From Podarcis muralis (lineage: Eukaryota): DNA of 64,000 nucleotides. The notes under the pieces were generated by a model. The model saw only the letters and a list, made by a program, of their open reading frames with translations, was not told where the DNA came from and did no database searches. Both the position numbers and the translations under genes were made by a program. Location: positions 67,022,001 to 67,086,000 of the forward strand of contig NC_135656.1 of NCBI RefSeq assembly GCF_964188315.1, read 5' to 3'. Positions 1 to 12,930 of this stretch are shown here, piece by piece. The first letter of the stretch is position 1. Each line of letters begins with the position of its first letter.

Positions 1-375
1 ACCGGAATTGGGTATAGAATCCTCTGGCTTTTGGGCAGCTACATTGTTCCTCCCCCCCCTCCAAATCTGGCTCCAGCCCGACCTACCTCTGGCATGCAGC
101 ACCCAGAAGGTTCCCCCATTCCTCATCTACCACTGTAGTTGCATCCCTGAGTCACCTGACTTTTATGAGATGGGAGGGGAAAATCAGTTTGCTTTCTCTT
201 CACCGTGGATAATTTTTGTTCTATCCTGTCGCTCCTAGGTTATCGTGTCCCATGCAGCTTCGGCTAGAAAATGTGACTGTAAAATGAATAGGGCCCTCTG
301 AACAACTCTCCGCAATCTGAACAAACTACATTTCCAGGATTGTTTGGGGGAAGCCATGACTGTGAAAGTGGTATA

Positions 376-726
376 GGTAAAGGTAAAGGGACCGCTGACC
401 ATTAGGTCCAGTTGTGGCCGACTCTGGGGTTGTGGCGCTCATCTCACTTTATTGGCCGAGGGGGCCGGCGTACAGCTTCCGGGTCATGTGGCCAGCATGA
501 CTAAGCCGCTTCTGGCGAACCAGAGCAGCACGCGGAAACGCCGTTTACCTTCCCGCCAGAGCGGTACCTATTTATCTACTTGCACTGGTATGTTTTTGAA
601 CTGTTAAGTTGGCAGGAGCTGGGACCGAGCAATGGGAGCTCACCCCGTTGTGGGGATTCGAACTGCTGACCTGATCAGCAAGCCCTAGGTTCTGTGGTTT
701 AACCCACAGCACCACCCGCGTCCCAG
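376..726 (-). mobile_element. Sauria SINE (Squam1/POM-type), full length
   Basis: Minus strand starts GGGACGCGGGTGG (tRNA-like head), has a Bov-B-like 3' part and a TTTACC repeat tail. 14-bp TSD GTGAAAGTGGTATA at 362-375 and 727-740. Confidence 0.9.
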
Positions 727-3700
727 GTGAAAGTGGTATAATGCTGCTTTAAATGTATTTTCCAGATGTGGCCAAAATCAGTGCCAGATCCAGTTGTTTT
801 GTGTTCAGGGGGGGTGCTTGGTCAAGATGCCGTCAGTAGGCCTCAACACACACACACACACCCCGTTTCCTAATTGCTGTCCCTGTTCTCCATTTCTTCC
901 CCACTTGCTTGCCCTCTCTTCCTCTGGGCCCAATTGGTGCTGCCACCTAGAGGGAGAAGGCAAGGCAAGCAGAGACTGCTGCTCCTTCTGCTGCCATTGC
1001 TTGTTTGCAAGGAGGGGACAGGTGTAGAGGCAGCAACAAGTGAAGGGGAGGAGCTCCATTTTGGTTGCCTTTTTTTGCCACCTTTCCCAACTCTACGGCC
1101 TTGAAGTGTTGTGACGGATTTTACACAAAGCATTGCTTGGATCTAGACCCGTGGTTCCCCTCAGAGGGGCAATTTGATTTTTAAGGGGGGCAATTTGAGA
1201 ATGCCAGCTTAGGGTGCAGCAGCAATGAAATAGGCTCTTGCAATTCTAGGGTTTATTAGGAAAGGGGCTGAAAATAAAATAGCCAGCATCAAATTGCCTT
1301 TGACTGGATTTATGGCCCCCTGAAACCAATGAAAACAGTGAGCAGTGACTTAAGTTCTATTCACGTAAATGGGAACGAAATCTAGCCAACTTATTCTAGA
1401 TCAGTGGTTCCCAACCTTTTTTTGGCCAAGCCCCACCTAAGCACCTCTAAAATCCTGCCCCTGCCCCCCCCCCCAGTGACATATAATTCTTATTATTCAA
1501 AAAGTGAACTATTCACATGGAGGAAGCCTAAAAGTCCATTAACTGTTAATAACTCATTATCATCAAGCTAAGTACTGAAATCTTTTTGCTAATATTAACG
1601 ATGGCATTGTACCTGTTTGAGCATATAATGACAATGGAATGTGAATTTATCTCTTCCCTTCTTTGGTATCATCAAATGCTTACCCCATGGGGAGGAAAAA
1701 TCGTTATGGGCCATGCTATGCTTGAGATGCACTTACTCATACATTGTTTGGGGAAGTTACTGTTAGTAACTGAATTACAGGAAGCTAATGTTTTACATTC
1801 AAACATTTCACATGGCAAACATTAATGTTTCACATGGCTAACATTAACGTAATGAAACCTAGCACAAAATGCCACAGATGATTATTACTAATAAGAATAT
1901 CAATAGTACAGCAGGGGGAGCAGTTCAAGTTACCATTTATAGTTGCATTTCCCCCCTTCTTCAAAGGAGCACCAGAAAAGGTACAAGGTTTTATATTAAC
2001 GTCTCTTGACAATAGCCCTTAGATGTCACTTAGGCTTCGACAGGATGAGCTCTGCAAAGTACTTCCTGCTGACCAGGACTCTGAAGCTGCACCTCAATTT
2101 AAGTGCTGAAGAGGTTATGTGCAATAATTCTGGAAGCAGTCTCTGGTGGAAACTAGGGCAAGACAGGGGCAAGACGCACACTGAAGCAGTTGTCATGTAT
2201 ATTGAACTGCATTAGAAGGTGTGCACAGAAACTGAGGCCACACATGCATTTCCTGAGCCAGATCGAGAAGCTGGGAAACTGGCCAAGTTGCCCCTCGCTT
2301 CCCTTTACAGCACGTGCAGGAACTGCTTTCTTGAGAATTGGACCCACTATTGGTCCCATCTGCTCAATCTGCCAGAGCCTGTCTTCACATGCAGGGGAAG
2401 TTTCGAACACACTGAGGATTTGAGGCCCATCGGCTACTCTCACCTGGTTTAGCAGGTCAGTCAAAGTGTGTGGCCACTGTCATATGCTGACAGCTTCTAG
2501 GAGCCACAAGTGAGAGCTGACTGTAGGATGGAGACCAAAGGTGGACAAACTATCTCAGAAGGAGCACGGCGTGTTCCCCACCAGAGAGGTACTACCCCTC
2601 TTCTGACACAGCATAGACCGCCACAGATATACTACCATATGCTACCAGTAATAGCCACTAGATGTCCCCCTTGCAATATTTATCGTATAATCGGTCCAGG
2701 CAGAGCAAACTTCTGTAAACCTCAATTACTGTTACAGCTTTCGCTTCTCTCCACTGACTTTGTAAAGCTGGCACACGTGCTACAATGGGAGAGCAAGGCT
2801 CTGTTTATCTTGCTAGACTATTGTATGTGGTATATATATGAAAGAGAGAGCTGGTGGGGCAGAAAAGCCATCAGAGGTGTGACTTCTAAAGGTGAAAAGC
2901 CTGATCAGGCTCTGAATAAATGAATAAGCCACATCCTTAGGGCCTTTACCTTGTACATTTTAAACAGTTGTCTTCCTTAGAAGCTTTTAAAAAGGGGAAG
3001 TTTAGGTTCTTGGACTTTCCCCCTTCAAGCCTATTGGGATTCTTAGGCTTGATCTTTTTGTCTCTTTACATATTAGAGTACTTCTTGCTTGCGCATATGT
3101 TGCCGCATTTATTTTTATCTTTTGCATGGTGGTAGTTTTGGATTTATCTATCCATTTACAAGGCACAAGAAACTTCAAGCTGAACCCAGCTATATCCTAG
3201 ATACCGTAGGTCTATTCCCCAAAGTAAATATGGTTTGGGGCTGAGTTCAGCTTGAAGTTTCTCATACTGTGCATCTGCCAAGGTTTCGTCATCACAGCAT
3301 AGTTAAATCATCCACAGCAACTTTCTTTTATTAGGGCTTCCATAATAAAAAATGGTTATGTAGAAGAGGGAATTCCACTAGTTGCAGCTTACAATGTTAG
3401 AAAGGTTTGAAGTGAGGGCTTCAAGCCAAATTTCTCATTACATCAAAGTTTGATTTATGGTATTTATATAGCCTGCTGTTCAGCTGAAATGTTTTCCAGG
3501 TGCTACACAAACAGTTCATTAAAATGCAAGACAATGGTATCAAACAAAAACCAGAAACCCAACAAAGATAACAAAACAACAATCTACCAGCAGAATAAAC
3601 TAATTCTTAAAGCAGCCAACACTGTAAGGGAGAAATAAGTTTTAACTTGAGTCCTAAAAACAGATAAAAGTGGGGAACATCAGTATCTTCAGTGGGAAGG

Positions 3701-3992
3701 AGCTCCTCAGCTGGGGTACCAGAGCAGAGGCACCCAAAGAAGGGCCTCAGAAGAGGATCTCAGGGTCCAGACAGGTTCGTATGGAAAGAGGTGGTCCTTG
3801 AGGTATTATGGTCCTGAGCTATTTAAGACTTTATAGGTTAAAACCAGTGCTTTAAATTGGGCCCGGAAACTAACTGGCAGCCAGTGCAGTTGGACCAGGA
3901 TCAGTGTAATATGCTCAAACCATCTTGCTCCAGTGAGCAACCTGGCCGCTAGCTGAAGTTTCCGAACTGTCTTCAGAGGCAGCCCTATTATA

Positions 3993-4072
3993 CAGGGTGA
4001 GTCTTTTAAAAGAGGCCCCATGGAACATATGTACTTTGTATCCACGGGGCCTCTTTTAAAGGACTCACCCTG
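3993..4072. mobile_element. 80-bp Tc1/mariner-type MITE nested in L2
   Basis: Terminal inverted repeats CAGGGTGAGTCTTTTAAAAGAGGCCCC / GGGCCTCTTTTAAAGGACTCACCCTG, with TA on both sides. Confidence 0.75.
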
Positions 4073-4618
4073 TATAATGCATTGCAGTAATCTAACCTTG
4101 TGGTTACCAGAGCATAAACAACAGTAGTTAGGCTATCCCTGTCCAGAAAGGGGTGTGGCTGGGCCACCAGCCAAAGCTGATGGAAGGCACTCTGGGCCAC
4201 TGAGGCCACCTGACCCTCGAGTGACAGCAAAGGATCCAGGAGTACCTCCAAGCTACAAACCTACTCCTTCAGAGGAAGTGTAACCCTATCAAGAGCAGGC
4301 AACCTCCCAGCCATCCGGTCTAGGGAACCACCCACTAACAGTGTCTCAGTCTCATCTGCATTGAGCTTCAGTTTGTTGGCTCTCATCCAGTCCACTACTG
4401 AGGCAAGACACTGGTCCAGCAATTCCACTGCCTCACCTGAAGATGTAAAGGAGAAATAGAGCTGAGTGTCATCAGCATACTACTGATAATGTACCCCGAA
4501 CCTCCGGATAACCCAACCCAGCAGTTTCATGTAGATGTTAAACAACATAGGGGATAGAATTGAGCCCTGTGGAACCCCACATTGGAGATTCCAGGGTGCT
4601 GAAAAGCATTCTCTAAGT

Positions 4619-4754
4619 CAGTGTTTCCCAACCTTGTGCCTCCAGCTGTTTTTGAACTACAACTCCCATCATCCCTGACTAGCAAGACCAGTGGCAAGGG
4701 ATGATGGGAATTGTAGTCCAAAAACAGCTGGAGGCACAAGGTTGGGAAACACTG
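4619..4754. mobile_element. 136-bp palindromic hAT-type MITE nested in L2
   Basis: Long inverted arms (CAGTGTTTCCCAACCTTGTGCCTCCAGCTG...). Exact 8-bp TSD CTCTAAGT at 4611-4618 and 4755-4762. Confidence 0.9.
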
Positions 4755-5267
4755 CTCTAAGTAACACCCTCTGGGAACGACCATCCAAGTTGGACTGGAA
4801 CTACCGCAAAGCGGTGCCACCCACCCCTAGTTTGGAGAATCACTCCAGAAGGATATCATGGCCGATGGTATCGAAAGCCGCTGAGAGGTTGAGAAAAATT
4901 AACAGGGACATGTTCCCTTTGTCTCTCTCTTGACAGAGGTCATCACACAGGACAACCAAAACAGTTTCTGTGCCAAAACCAGGCCTAACCCCCGATTGAA
5001 ATGGATCCTAGAAAATCAGTTTCCAGAAAATCCGGCGAAGGACATGAGAGGGTGGTCCCCGGCCACGCTGCAGTTTAAATTTCCTATGGCCACGCTTTCT
5101 GTCGGCGCTGAATAGACAGTGGGGCCATCCCTCGGTGGGGCCCTGTCCAGCGCCGGCAACGTGGCCGGGCAACGACAATGAGGGGGCCGCTTTTCACCCC
5201 CAGTGGGCCCAATGCCTGGCCGCAACACCGCCCAACAGAAAAAGTACAGTAAGTGGACTTCTCTTAA

Positions 5268-5900
5268 AAGTGCATTTATAGTGAGGTTTGGCAATATGCA
5301 GCTGAATTTAAATGTTCCTGATCAGTTGACAGGAAGAGAATCAAATCAAATCAGTTAATCAATTGACAACACTAAATGAGAAAACAGGTATAAACTGATT
5401 CAACTCCTAGCTAAACTGAAGCCCCTTCTGTTGCTTTTAGTGGGATATCCAGCTGTTTGATAGAATAAATTTCACATGGCAAGATGTTCCATTCCTGTTC
5501 CCTTTCACTAATTTCATACACAAGCTACCTCTTGTAGTGAGGAGCCTGCTGGATCAAGCCAATGGCCCATGTAAGTTCCCCATCGTGTTTTCACAGTGGC
5601 CAACCAGGTGCGTGTGAGAATCCCCAAAGGAGGACCTGAGTGCAGCAGCAAGCACTCTCCCCTCTTGTGGTTTCCAGCAACTGGTATTCAGAAGCATTGC
5701 TGCCTCTGACTTTGGAGGTAGAACATATAGCCATCACATTGATAGTCTCCTTCATGAATTTGTCTAACCTCCTTTTAAAGCCATCGAGGGTGGTAGCCAT
5801 CAGTGCCTCCTGTGGGAGCAAACAGCCACATGGTGGGGTAGAGAGGTTTGTGACCAAATCTCTCCCCCCACCCAGCTTATCTCCCAGTTTATGCTTGTGC
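5268..5900 (-). pseudogene. Remnant of an additional K1-like Kazal gene (intron-1 fragment joined to upstream flank; exon 1 and promoter missing)
   Basis: 5268-5530 aligns by eye to K1 intron 1 (~9700-9950). 5540-5900 aligns to the K1 upstream CR1 and flank (~10985-11820 without the Rex1 insert). Confidence 0.6.
5537..5825 (-). mobile_element. CR1 LINE 3' fragment
   Basis: Minus strand translates ...EALMATTLDGFKRRLDKFMKE, the CR1 ORF2 C-terminus, followed by the CR1 3' UTR. Confidence 0.75.
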
Positions 5901-7131
5901 CTTGCTCGATGGAAGCATTGCTTATGAGAGAGAAAGATAATGGCACAAAGGGAGTAGCATCTTCACTGCCACCCTCTCCTTCCATAGCCCTTTCTATGTA
6001 CAATAATTGCTTGGGCCTCTTTTCAACTGTTCCTTCTCCTTGGAGACAGAGGTGAGAATCTACAGAGGTGGCAATATACTGGTATTATTGTGGGTGACAG
6101 GAGAAAGACTGGACCTTGCGTTTTGAGAGTTTGGAAGCTTCCAAATCTTGGCAGGGCTCCACTCTGCCCTTCAGCGCAGCTTCCCCTGACCCTATGCATG
6201 TTTACTAAGCAGTAAGTCCTGTGAAGTAAGGAGTCACTCACAAGCAACTCTGCATAGGATCGCAGCCTGACACTGTATCTGAAGTTGGTGCAGGATGGGG
6301 AGAGTTCCAGCCTTTCCCTGCAATAAGCAGATATTCTGTTGAGAAGCTGGGGCGCTTCTTATATTCGTGTGTTCTTATTTTCTCCTTGTGCAGCATGCAA
6401 AATGGCCTCCCCCTTGCCTCCTCTTCTGCACAGCCTAACCCGTCCTGAGGATTTCTCCAATTCTCCAGAGGAAATTAGGGGACAGAGTGGGATGCACAGG
6501 TAGGGAAAGCAGAGAGGAAGGGAATCCCATTGCAATAATATTTATTCTTGCACTAGTGCACGACTGTGGCTGAATACACAGATATATATTGTTATATATC
6601 AATTTAAATGATGTTTTTTGTATTTTTCTCTCATTTCTCTCATTTCTGTCTGTTTTTTTCTCTCCTTTTCTTCTATTGGAAATCAATAAAAAAGTTTTTA
6701 AAAAGTAACATGGCAGGGTGATGGGTTCTAGCTTCAATGTCTAACTAAATCATCTGGCTACAGGTGGTTTTTTGGGGGTTTTTTAATCTACATAAATCAA
6801 TTGCCTGAAGTCAGAAGTGTTACAGTCCAAAGGGAGTAGATTCTGCTGATTGTTTGACTTAGTTCTTTCATTGTGCATTATTAGTAACAAAATTCCAGAT
6901 CTCTCTTTCACCCAAATCACATAATAAATTAAAAAGTAGATAATACAGAAATAAATGTATGGAGAGGTTTATAATGCTGAGCTTATTTATTGATAAATCA
7001 AATGAAGATGTTGCAAGATATTCACTGGCTAGCGGAACAGAGCATAAGCAGAGGGAATAATAATGAATTTCTTCCTGGAGATGGCATGAACAGGGTATGA
7101 TGAGAAATCGACCTTCTTTTGTAGATGTTCT

Positions 7132-9999
7132 TTAGTCGTCAAATTTTCTGCAGTCTCCAAGGTTCCTCAGTCTAAGACGTCTTCTACTTTGTCTGATGCG
7201 GGAAAGACAATGCGAAGAACTCAGGATGAGAATTCAGAAGATGCAAGCTTCATTATTACTCATTAAACAGAAATAGTATTGGTGAGAAAGGTAAGTTCAT
7301 CATTGCTCTATTTCTCGGGGAAGGGAAATGGATGAGAAAGAATCCTGTCCAATAACCTGAAGAGATAGGGTTAAGTATAATTGCTTGATTCTACATTGAT
7401 TTAAAATAACTGCATGTGTATCCCTCAAGACATGGCATTGGAAGCTAAGAAAGAGCAACAGAATGCCTAACATTTAAATGATTAACTGAGAATGTATCTC
7501 TGCTACTCATCATGATCACATGGGGTATTCAATTGCAGATCTCCATTTTAGGTGTGTGAGTTGGTCTTTGTTTTTCTGAAAAAGGGCTGAAGAAATAGGA
7601 CCACTAATGACTCCCTGTCCAGGAGAAAATAGCCTCCAGGCTAATGGAGTCTGTGTGGAGAGAAAGAGCTTTGTTTCCAGCTCTGGGAAGAGTTATTTCA
7701 TATTTCTAAGATGTTAGGCCTGTGTTGGAACAAGCACATGATATTATGCGACTATTGGGTGTATCATTATTGTTTTGTGTCTGGTTTTGAACAAGTTCTG
7801 TTAGTAAAGCTTAAGAAACATATTTTTTGACTGGGCAAGGAAGACTGGGCAAGAAGAACCAGTTTTTATTCACCTATTGCTTCTAAAGAGCAATATTAAT
7901 AAACACAATAGCCGCTACCCATCAATCTAGACAATACTGAGCTGCATGGACCAGTGGCCTGACTCTGTATAAGGCAGATTCTTATGTTCATATGTTCTTT
8001 CCAGCACCACTGCTTGGTAAAACACCCCCATTTTCTAGCTTTCACTGTTCATCCATGTCAGAAGCTTCTGTAAGAGTATATGTTAAGACTTCTCACCAGA
8101 GCAATTCTGAGATCCACATTAGGGAAGCACCTAGTGTAAGCCTTTCCTACCTTCACAATAACTTTCTTATTACCCCCTAATTCCCTGATGGACCTTTGTG
8201 TTATTTTTCTTATGGGCCAACCTTACTACCTTTTGTGTCGTGATAGGCATGGTGGGGCACTTCAACACGATTACCCTTCTGACAGGGGCATCTCTGCTCC
8301 TTGGGGGTGGGGAAAGAGAGTGGTGAGGAGGTTGGTGGACTTGTAAAAGGGTAAAAGAGTATTGGGAAATGATCCATAATGAATTGGGGGGGGGGGATAT
8401 TTAAAAGTACCCCAACCCCCCCGAGTCCTTTCTGTTGGGGATGATTCAGAATGATATTCCCAGGTGTCAAAAAATGTTATTTATGTATGCTACTACTGCA
8501 GCCTGTGCTTTGTTAGCCCAAAAATGGAAAACAAGCAATGTCCCAACCAAAGACGAATGGAAACTTAAGTTGACAGAATATGCACGGCTTGCAGACATTT
8601 CCACCTCATAAGCAAAACCTGTACTCACATATACGCATTGCAGAAGGCACACTTGTTGCCATATGACATGCCATCAGAGCCACAGTGGGGATTGAATTCC
8701 AGAGTGCACTGTGGTTTTGGATATCCTCGACAATATCTCTACAGAGAGAGTAAATTTTACAGTATTATCCATTTTCTGGCAAATCTCATGTGGTTGCTTT
8801 TACCAATCAGGTCTTAGTTGCACATCAGGTTTTTCTTCTTTTAAGAAATCACAAACACACCCGCCCCCAAAATGAAGAGTACTGATAAAATGGGACAGGG
8901 CCGCAGTCTTATTTTTGCACAAAGCAAATCTGCTGAACTCAAAGGCGTCCTGCAAACATTGCAACCAACTATGCTGTGGAAGGACTGGCAAGGAGAGAGG
9001 CAGTGCAAAAGCCATCTGTGTAAACTCCAATAAAGTAGTAGAAGAAGAAGAGTTTGGATTTGATATCCCGCCTTTCACTCCCTTTAAGGAGTCTCAAAGC
9101 GGCTAACATTCTACTTTCCCTTCCTCCCCCACAACTAACACTCTGTGAGGTGAGTGGGGCTGAGAGACTTCAAAGAAGTGTGACTAGACCATAGTCACCC
9201 AGCAGCTGCATGCGGAGGAGCGGAGAGGCGAACCCGGTTCACCAGATTATGAGTCCACTGCTCCCAACCACTACACCATGAATTTGTCTAATCCCTTTCA
9301 ATGCCATCAAGGGTGTGTGTGTGTGTGGCTATCACTGCCTCCCGTGGGAGCGAGTTATATAGTTTAACCATGAGCTGCAGGAAAAAGCAATATTACACAT
9401 CTTGACAGCAAGTTATTAGGATGTTCTGTAATAAGAATAAATGACTGCCACTCACCCGTTCAAAACGTGCTTCAGTGACAACGGCTAGAATGAAAACATA
9501 CAAAATGTAAAAATTCCAAAGCAAATCTACATGTTGAATAATAGTCCATTTGAGAACAAGATACCCTTAATGAGGAGGGGAAGGTGGAGGCTACAACCTC
9601 CCCTCCAACCAAACAAAGGCTTACTCAATGCCTGACTTGCTTCTCCATTTGAAAACATTTGAAAAATGAGATATATTTTATCTTACATTTCCTTTGTTCT
9701 CTTAAAAGTTTGTTTATAGTGAGGTTTGGCAATATGCAGCTGAATTTAAATGTCCCTGATCAGTTGATGGGAAGAGAATCAAATCAAATCAAACTAGCTA
9801 ATCAGTTGACGATACTAATAAAGAAAACCCATTCAACTCCTAGCTGAACTGAAGCCCATTCTGTTGCTTTCAGTAGGGTGATAGAGTAAATCTCACATGA
9901 CAAGATATTCTTTCTCGTTCCTACTGACTAATTTCATATAGAAGCTTCCTTGAGAATAGCTACATCTGAGCATTCACAAGAATATGTGAGGGTTCAACA

Positions 10000-10037
<38 letters not shown>

Positions 10038-10364
10038 TTGTTTGAGAGATGTGCTTCTCTGTTCCCATGTTCCTGTGTGTGACAACAATGCTTCCTTCTT
10101 CCACAAGCTTTCACAAATGAAGCACTTAGGCTTTCAGGGAGATTTTATCAGATTCAGTTGACCACCTAATAAGAGCCTTCATATAGTTTTTGGAACACCT
10201 GGACAATTCATGGATTTTGGGTTCCTTTCTGAGATGGAGTATCTAATGGAACATTTGTAGAAATATCTTTTCCCCAAAGGGAACCTTTGTAATGTGAAAT
10301 ACGACTCACCTGAGTACAAAAAGAAGAACATCAGAGTGAGGAGGAGAAAACTGCCTGGCTTCAT
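7132..10364 (-). CDS. K1: secreted single-domain Kazal-type serine protease inhibitor (SPINK family), intact, P1=Leu
   Basis: Exons 10364-10310, 9484-9456, 8738-8629, 7192-7132, all GT-AG, phases 1/0/2. Protein: [84 protein letters not shown]. Six Kazal cysteines; AATAAA ~140 nt after the stop. Confidence 0.9.
9040..9278 (-). mobile_element. Squam3-type tRNA-derived SINE in K1 intron 2
   Basis: Minus strand starts TGGTGTAGTGGTT (A box), contains GGGTTCG (B box), and ends ...GGGATATCAAATCCAAACTC(TTC)n. Confidence 0.75.
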
Positions 10365-10974
10365 GATGGTGCTGATGGATTTAACTATGTCTTCCTCTTA
10401 GTGCTTTTCCGAGCGGTAGATCCTTCTCAGAGTTCACTGGCTGCAGTGAGGTCTGGACTCTCTGCCCTGAATATATAGAAGTCTCTGTGGCCCTGATGAT
10501 GAAAACTCCCAGTCTCAAGAAATATTTACATGTGGAAATAGGATATTACAAAGGGCTGCAATGTGATGTACCAAGCATAATGGTTCCTTTCCTGTGCAGA
10601 ACCCAGGCACGCGCAAGAGATATGGTAACCAGTACCTTAGGAAGTAGCATACGAAGTAGCTTGTCTTGACCATAAGCCAAACCCATGATGAAAAAGGACT
10701 ATAACGACAAATTGCATATCACATAGTATTGGTCCAATTTATTTGTGTCTTCAGACGGTCACCCTGAACCAGGCCCTATTTGGCCCTGACTGATCCAGAC
10801 TTGTTTTTTTTTACAAATCTCTAGAAATTTATTTATTCATTTATTTTTATCCATAATGTTGTTGCTTTTTGACAGAACAGGGCTTTCCTAACATCTCTCA
10901 ACACCCTTACTTTACAAGCTATAATTGCCAGGATTCTTTTGGGGAAAGTCAAGACTGTTTAGAATGGTATAAGA

Positions 10975-11720
10975 ACATAAGAAAAGCCTGCTGGATCAGG
11001 CCAATGGCCCATCTAGTCCAGCATTCTGTTTTCACAGTGGCCAGCCAAATTCATGTGAGAATCCCCAAAGGAGGACCTGAGTGCAGCAGTACGATACGGT
11101 AATCTTTATTGTCATTGTCCCATACAGAACAACGAAATTGAAAAATCTACATAAGACATTCAAAACCCAACAAGCCTGCTATCCCAGACATCCCAACCTG
11201 GTTAGCCCCCTATTTTTACCCCATTTTTAAATACAGTATACTCCCATACAGACTCCTTACAATACATTTAAAACCAAAATCGCATTTGGGTAGAAACTGT
11301 TTCTCAGGCGGCTAGTCCTAGTCTTTATAACCCTGTACCTTCTTCCAGAAGGCAGAAGCTGAAAGAAATCATTTCTGAGGTGCGCACTATCCTGCGCTAT
11401 CTCTGCAGCTTTCTTATGGCACCTGGAAGCATAGATTTGATCCAAGGTGGGAGGAGTGCACCCAATTATTCTCTCTGCAGTCTTTACAACCCTGGACAGC
11501 ATTGTTTTTTCCCCTGACCGTGCAGCTCCCAAACCACACACACACCATAAGTTAATACACTCTCCTCTTGTGGTTTCCAGCAACTGGCATTCAGAAGCAT
11601 TGCTGCCTCTGACTTTGGAGGTAGAGCATAAGCATCACATTGATAGTCTTCTCCTTCATGAATTTGTCTAACCCTCTTTTAAAGCCGTGAAGGGTGGTAA
11701 ACATCACTGCCTCCCATGGA
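10975..11720 (-). mobile_element. CR1 3' fragment split by a Rex1-like insertion
   Basis: AAGAACATAAGAAAAGCCTGCTGGATCAGGCC end; resumes after 11556 (FKRGLDKFMKE on minus strand). Collinear with the 5537-5825 copy. Confidence 0.7.
11090..11552 (-). mobile_element. Rex1/Babar-clade LINE, 5'-truncated 3' end
   Basis: Translation LSRVVKTAERIIG...FQLLPSGRRYRVIKTRTSRLRNSFYPNAILVLN matches the Rex1 ORF C-terminus as recalled. AATAAA and short tail at the 3' end. Confidence 0.75.
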
Positions 11721-11819
11721 AGCAAACAGCCACATGGTGGGGTAGAGAGGCTTGTGACCAAATCCCCCCCCCCCCCCGGCAGCTTATCTTCCAGTTTATG
11801 TTTGTGTCTTGCTATATGG

Positions 11820-12075
11820 TGTGATGTACAAGCATAACAGTTCCCTTCCTCTGCAGAAACTAGGGACATGCAAGAGATACGTGGAAACCAGTAGCTTAGG
11901 AAGTTGCATGCAAAGTAGCTTGTCTTGACCATAAGCCAAAGCAAGGCTGAAAAAGACTCCAGTGATAAATTGCATGTCATATAGTATTTGTCAAAAAATA
12001 ACAATTTATTACATGGACCTAGCCAACACTGATTTCATATATAGTGGTGGTGGTGGGGAGTTTAGATGTGGCTAG
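11820..12075 (-). promoter_or_regulatory. Orphan distal-promoter copy of the K4/K6 (type B) upstream region
   Basis: Close match to 36140-36385 and 53695-53965; lacks the TATA-proximal part and has no exon 1. Confidence 0.6.
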
Positions 12076-12377
12076 CATGAAAACCTATGGAAGCAGCTGT
12101 CTCCAGATTTCAGACTCCCAATTCCGAAATTCTCAAAACGAGAATCATATACAGGCCAATTTGTGATACAATGCAAGTCACTGGTCTCAAGTCGGATTAG
12201 GGAGGGGCTATTGAGGCTATTAATATTACATTTATGAGAGCAACAGGATGAATAAAAATGGACTCTTCTTGAAAAAAATTGTCCAGTCTTCTTCTGCACA
12301 GCCTAGCCTGCCTCGGGAATTTCCCAAATGCACCAGAGAAATCAAGGATACACAGTGGGACACCCAAGTGGGGAAAA

Positions 12378-12736
12378 GCCTCTCCTCCTTACAGAGGGGA
12401 GGAGTTGTGAGCAGGAGCCATTTCCCGCATTGGCAGGGGGCGTTCCAGCCCCCTGCCCAGCTGGCCTGGCTGCTGCGCCATGCCCCCAGGCAGCCAACCA
12501 ACCAACCAGGTGGAGGCTTGGGGGGCGGGCTTTTGCCGCTCAAACGTGGCTGCGGCAGCACTTCCATTTTGTTCCGCTGCTGGTTTTCGTTGGATCCAAT
12601 TTTATCCAATGCCTAAGCCAATACCTCTCACATGCTGTAATCAATAAAGTTGTGGCCTTTTTTAGCCCAATAACCTAATATACCGTGTCCGTGTGTCTTT
12701 CTTACCCCAAGCGGGTGGCGGGTCCTTGAATCACAA
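12378..12736 (+). mobile_element. LTR-like insertion
   Basis: Absent from the paralogous spacer at ~25730 (GGGGAAAACAAGGAGG is contiguous there). Contains AATAAA at ~12644 and ends in CA; no clean 5' TG or TSD. Confidence 0.4.
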
Positions 12737-12805
12737 ACAAGGAGGAGAGAAATCCCATTGCAATAACATTAATTAATAACATTAATAACATTAATTTTTG
12801 AATCA

Positions 12806-12930
12806 GGTAGGTAGGCGTTTTGGTCTGACGCAGTTGAAATAAATATAAAAAATTGTCCACTACCACTTTATAGACCAACTAAGTTTGTTCTGGTATAAAC
12901 TTTCGTGTGCATGCACACTTCTTCAGATAT
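12806..12930. mobile_element. Penelope-like element terminal fragment
   Basis: ...AGACCAACTAAGTTTGTTCTGGTATAAACTTTCGTGTGCATGCACACTTCTTCAG resembles reptile Penelope termini (from memory). Absent from the 25770 paralog. Confidence 0.5.

Larger units (their letters stand above)
3600..5260 (-). mobile_element. Degraded L2-clade LINE (RT region and 3' end)
   Basis: Minus-strand translations give GVPQGSILSPMLFNIY, YADDTQLY, VYALVTTRLDYCNAL and LVQLHWLPV, typical of L2 ORF2. Frameshifted, interrupted by two MITEs; boundaries approximate. Confidence 0.8.

Noticed and set aside
2479-3225. Possible LTR (TATATA at ~2830, AATAAA at ~2915)
   Set aside because: No convincing termini or TSD could be defined by eye.
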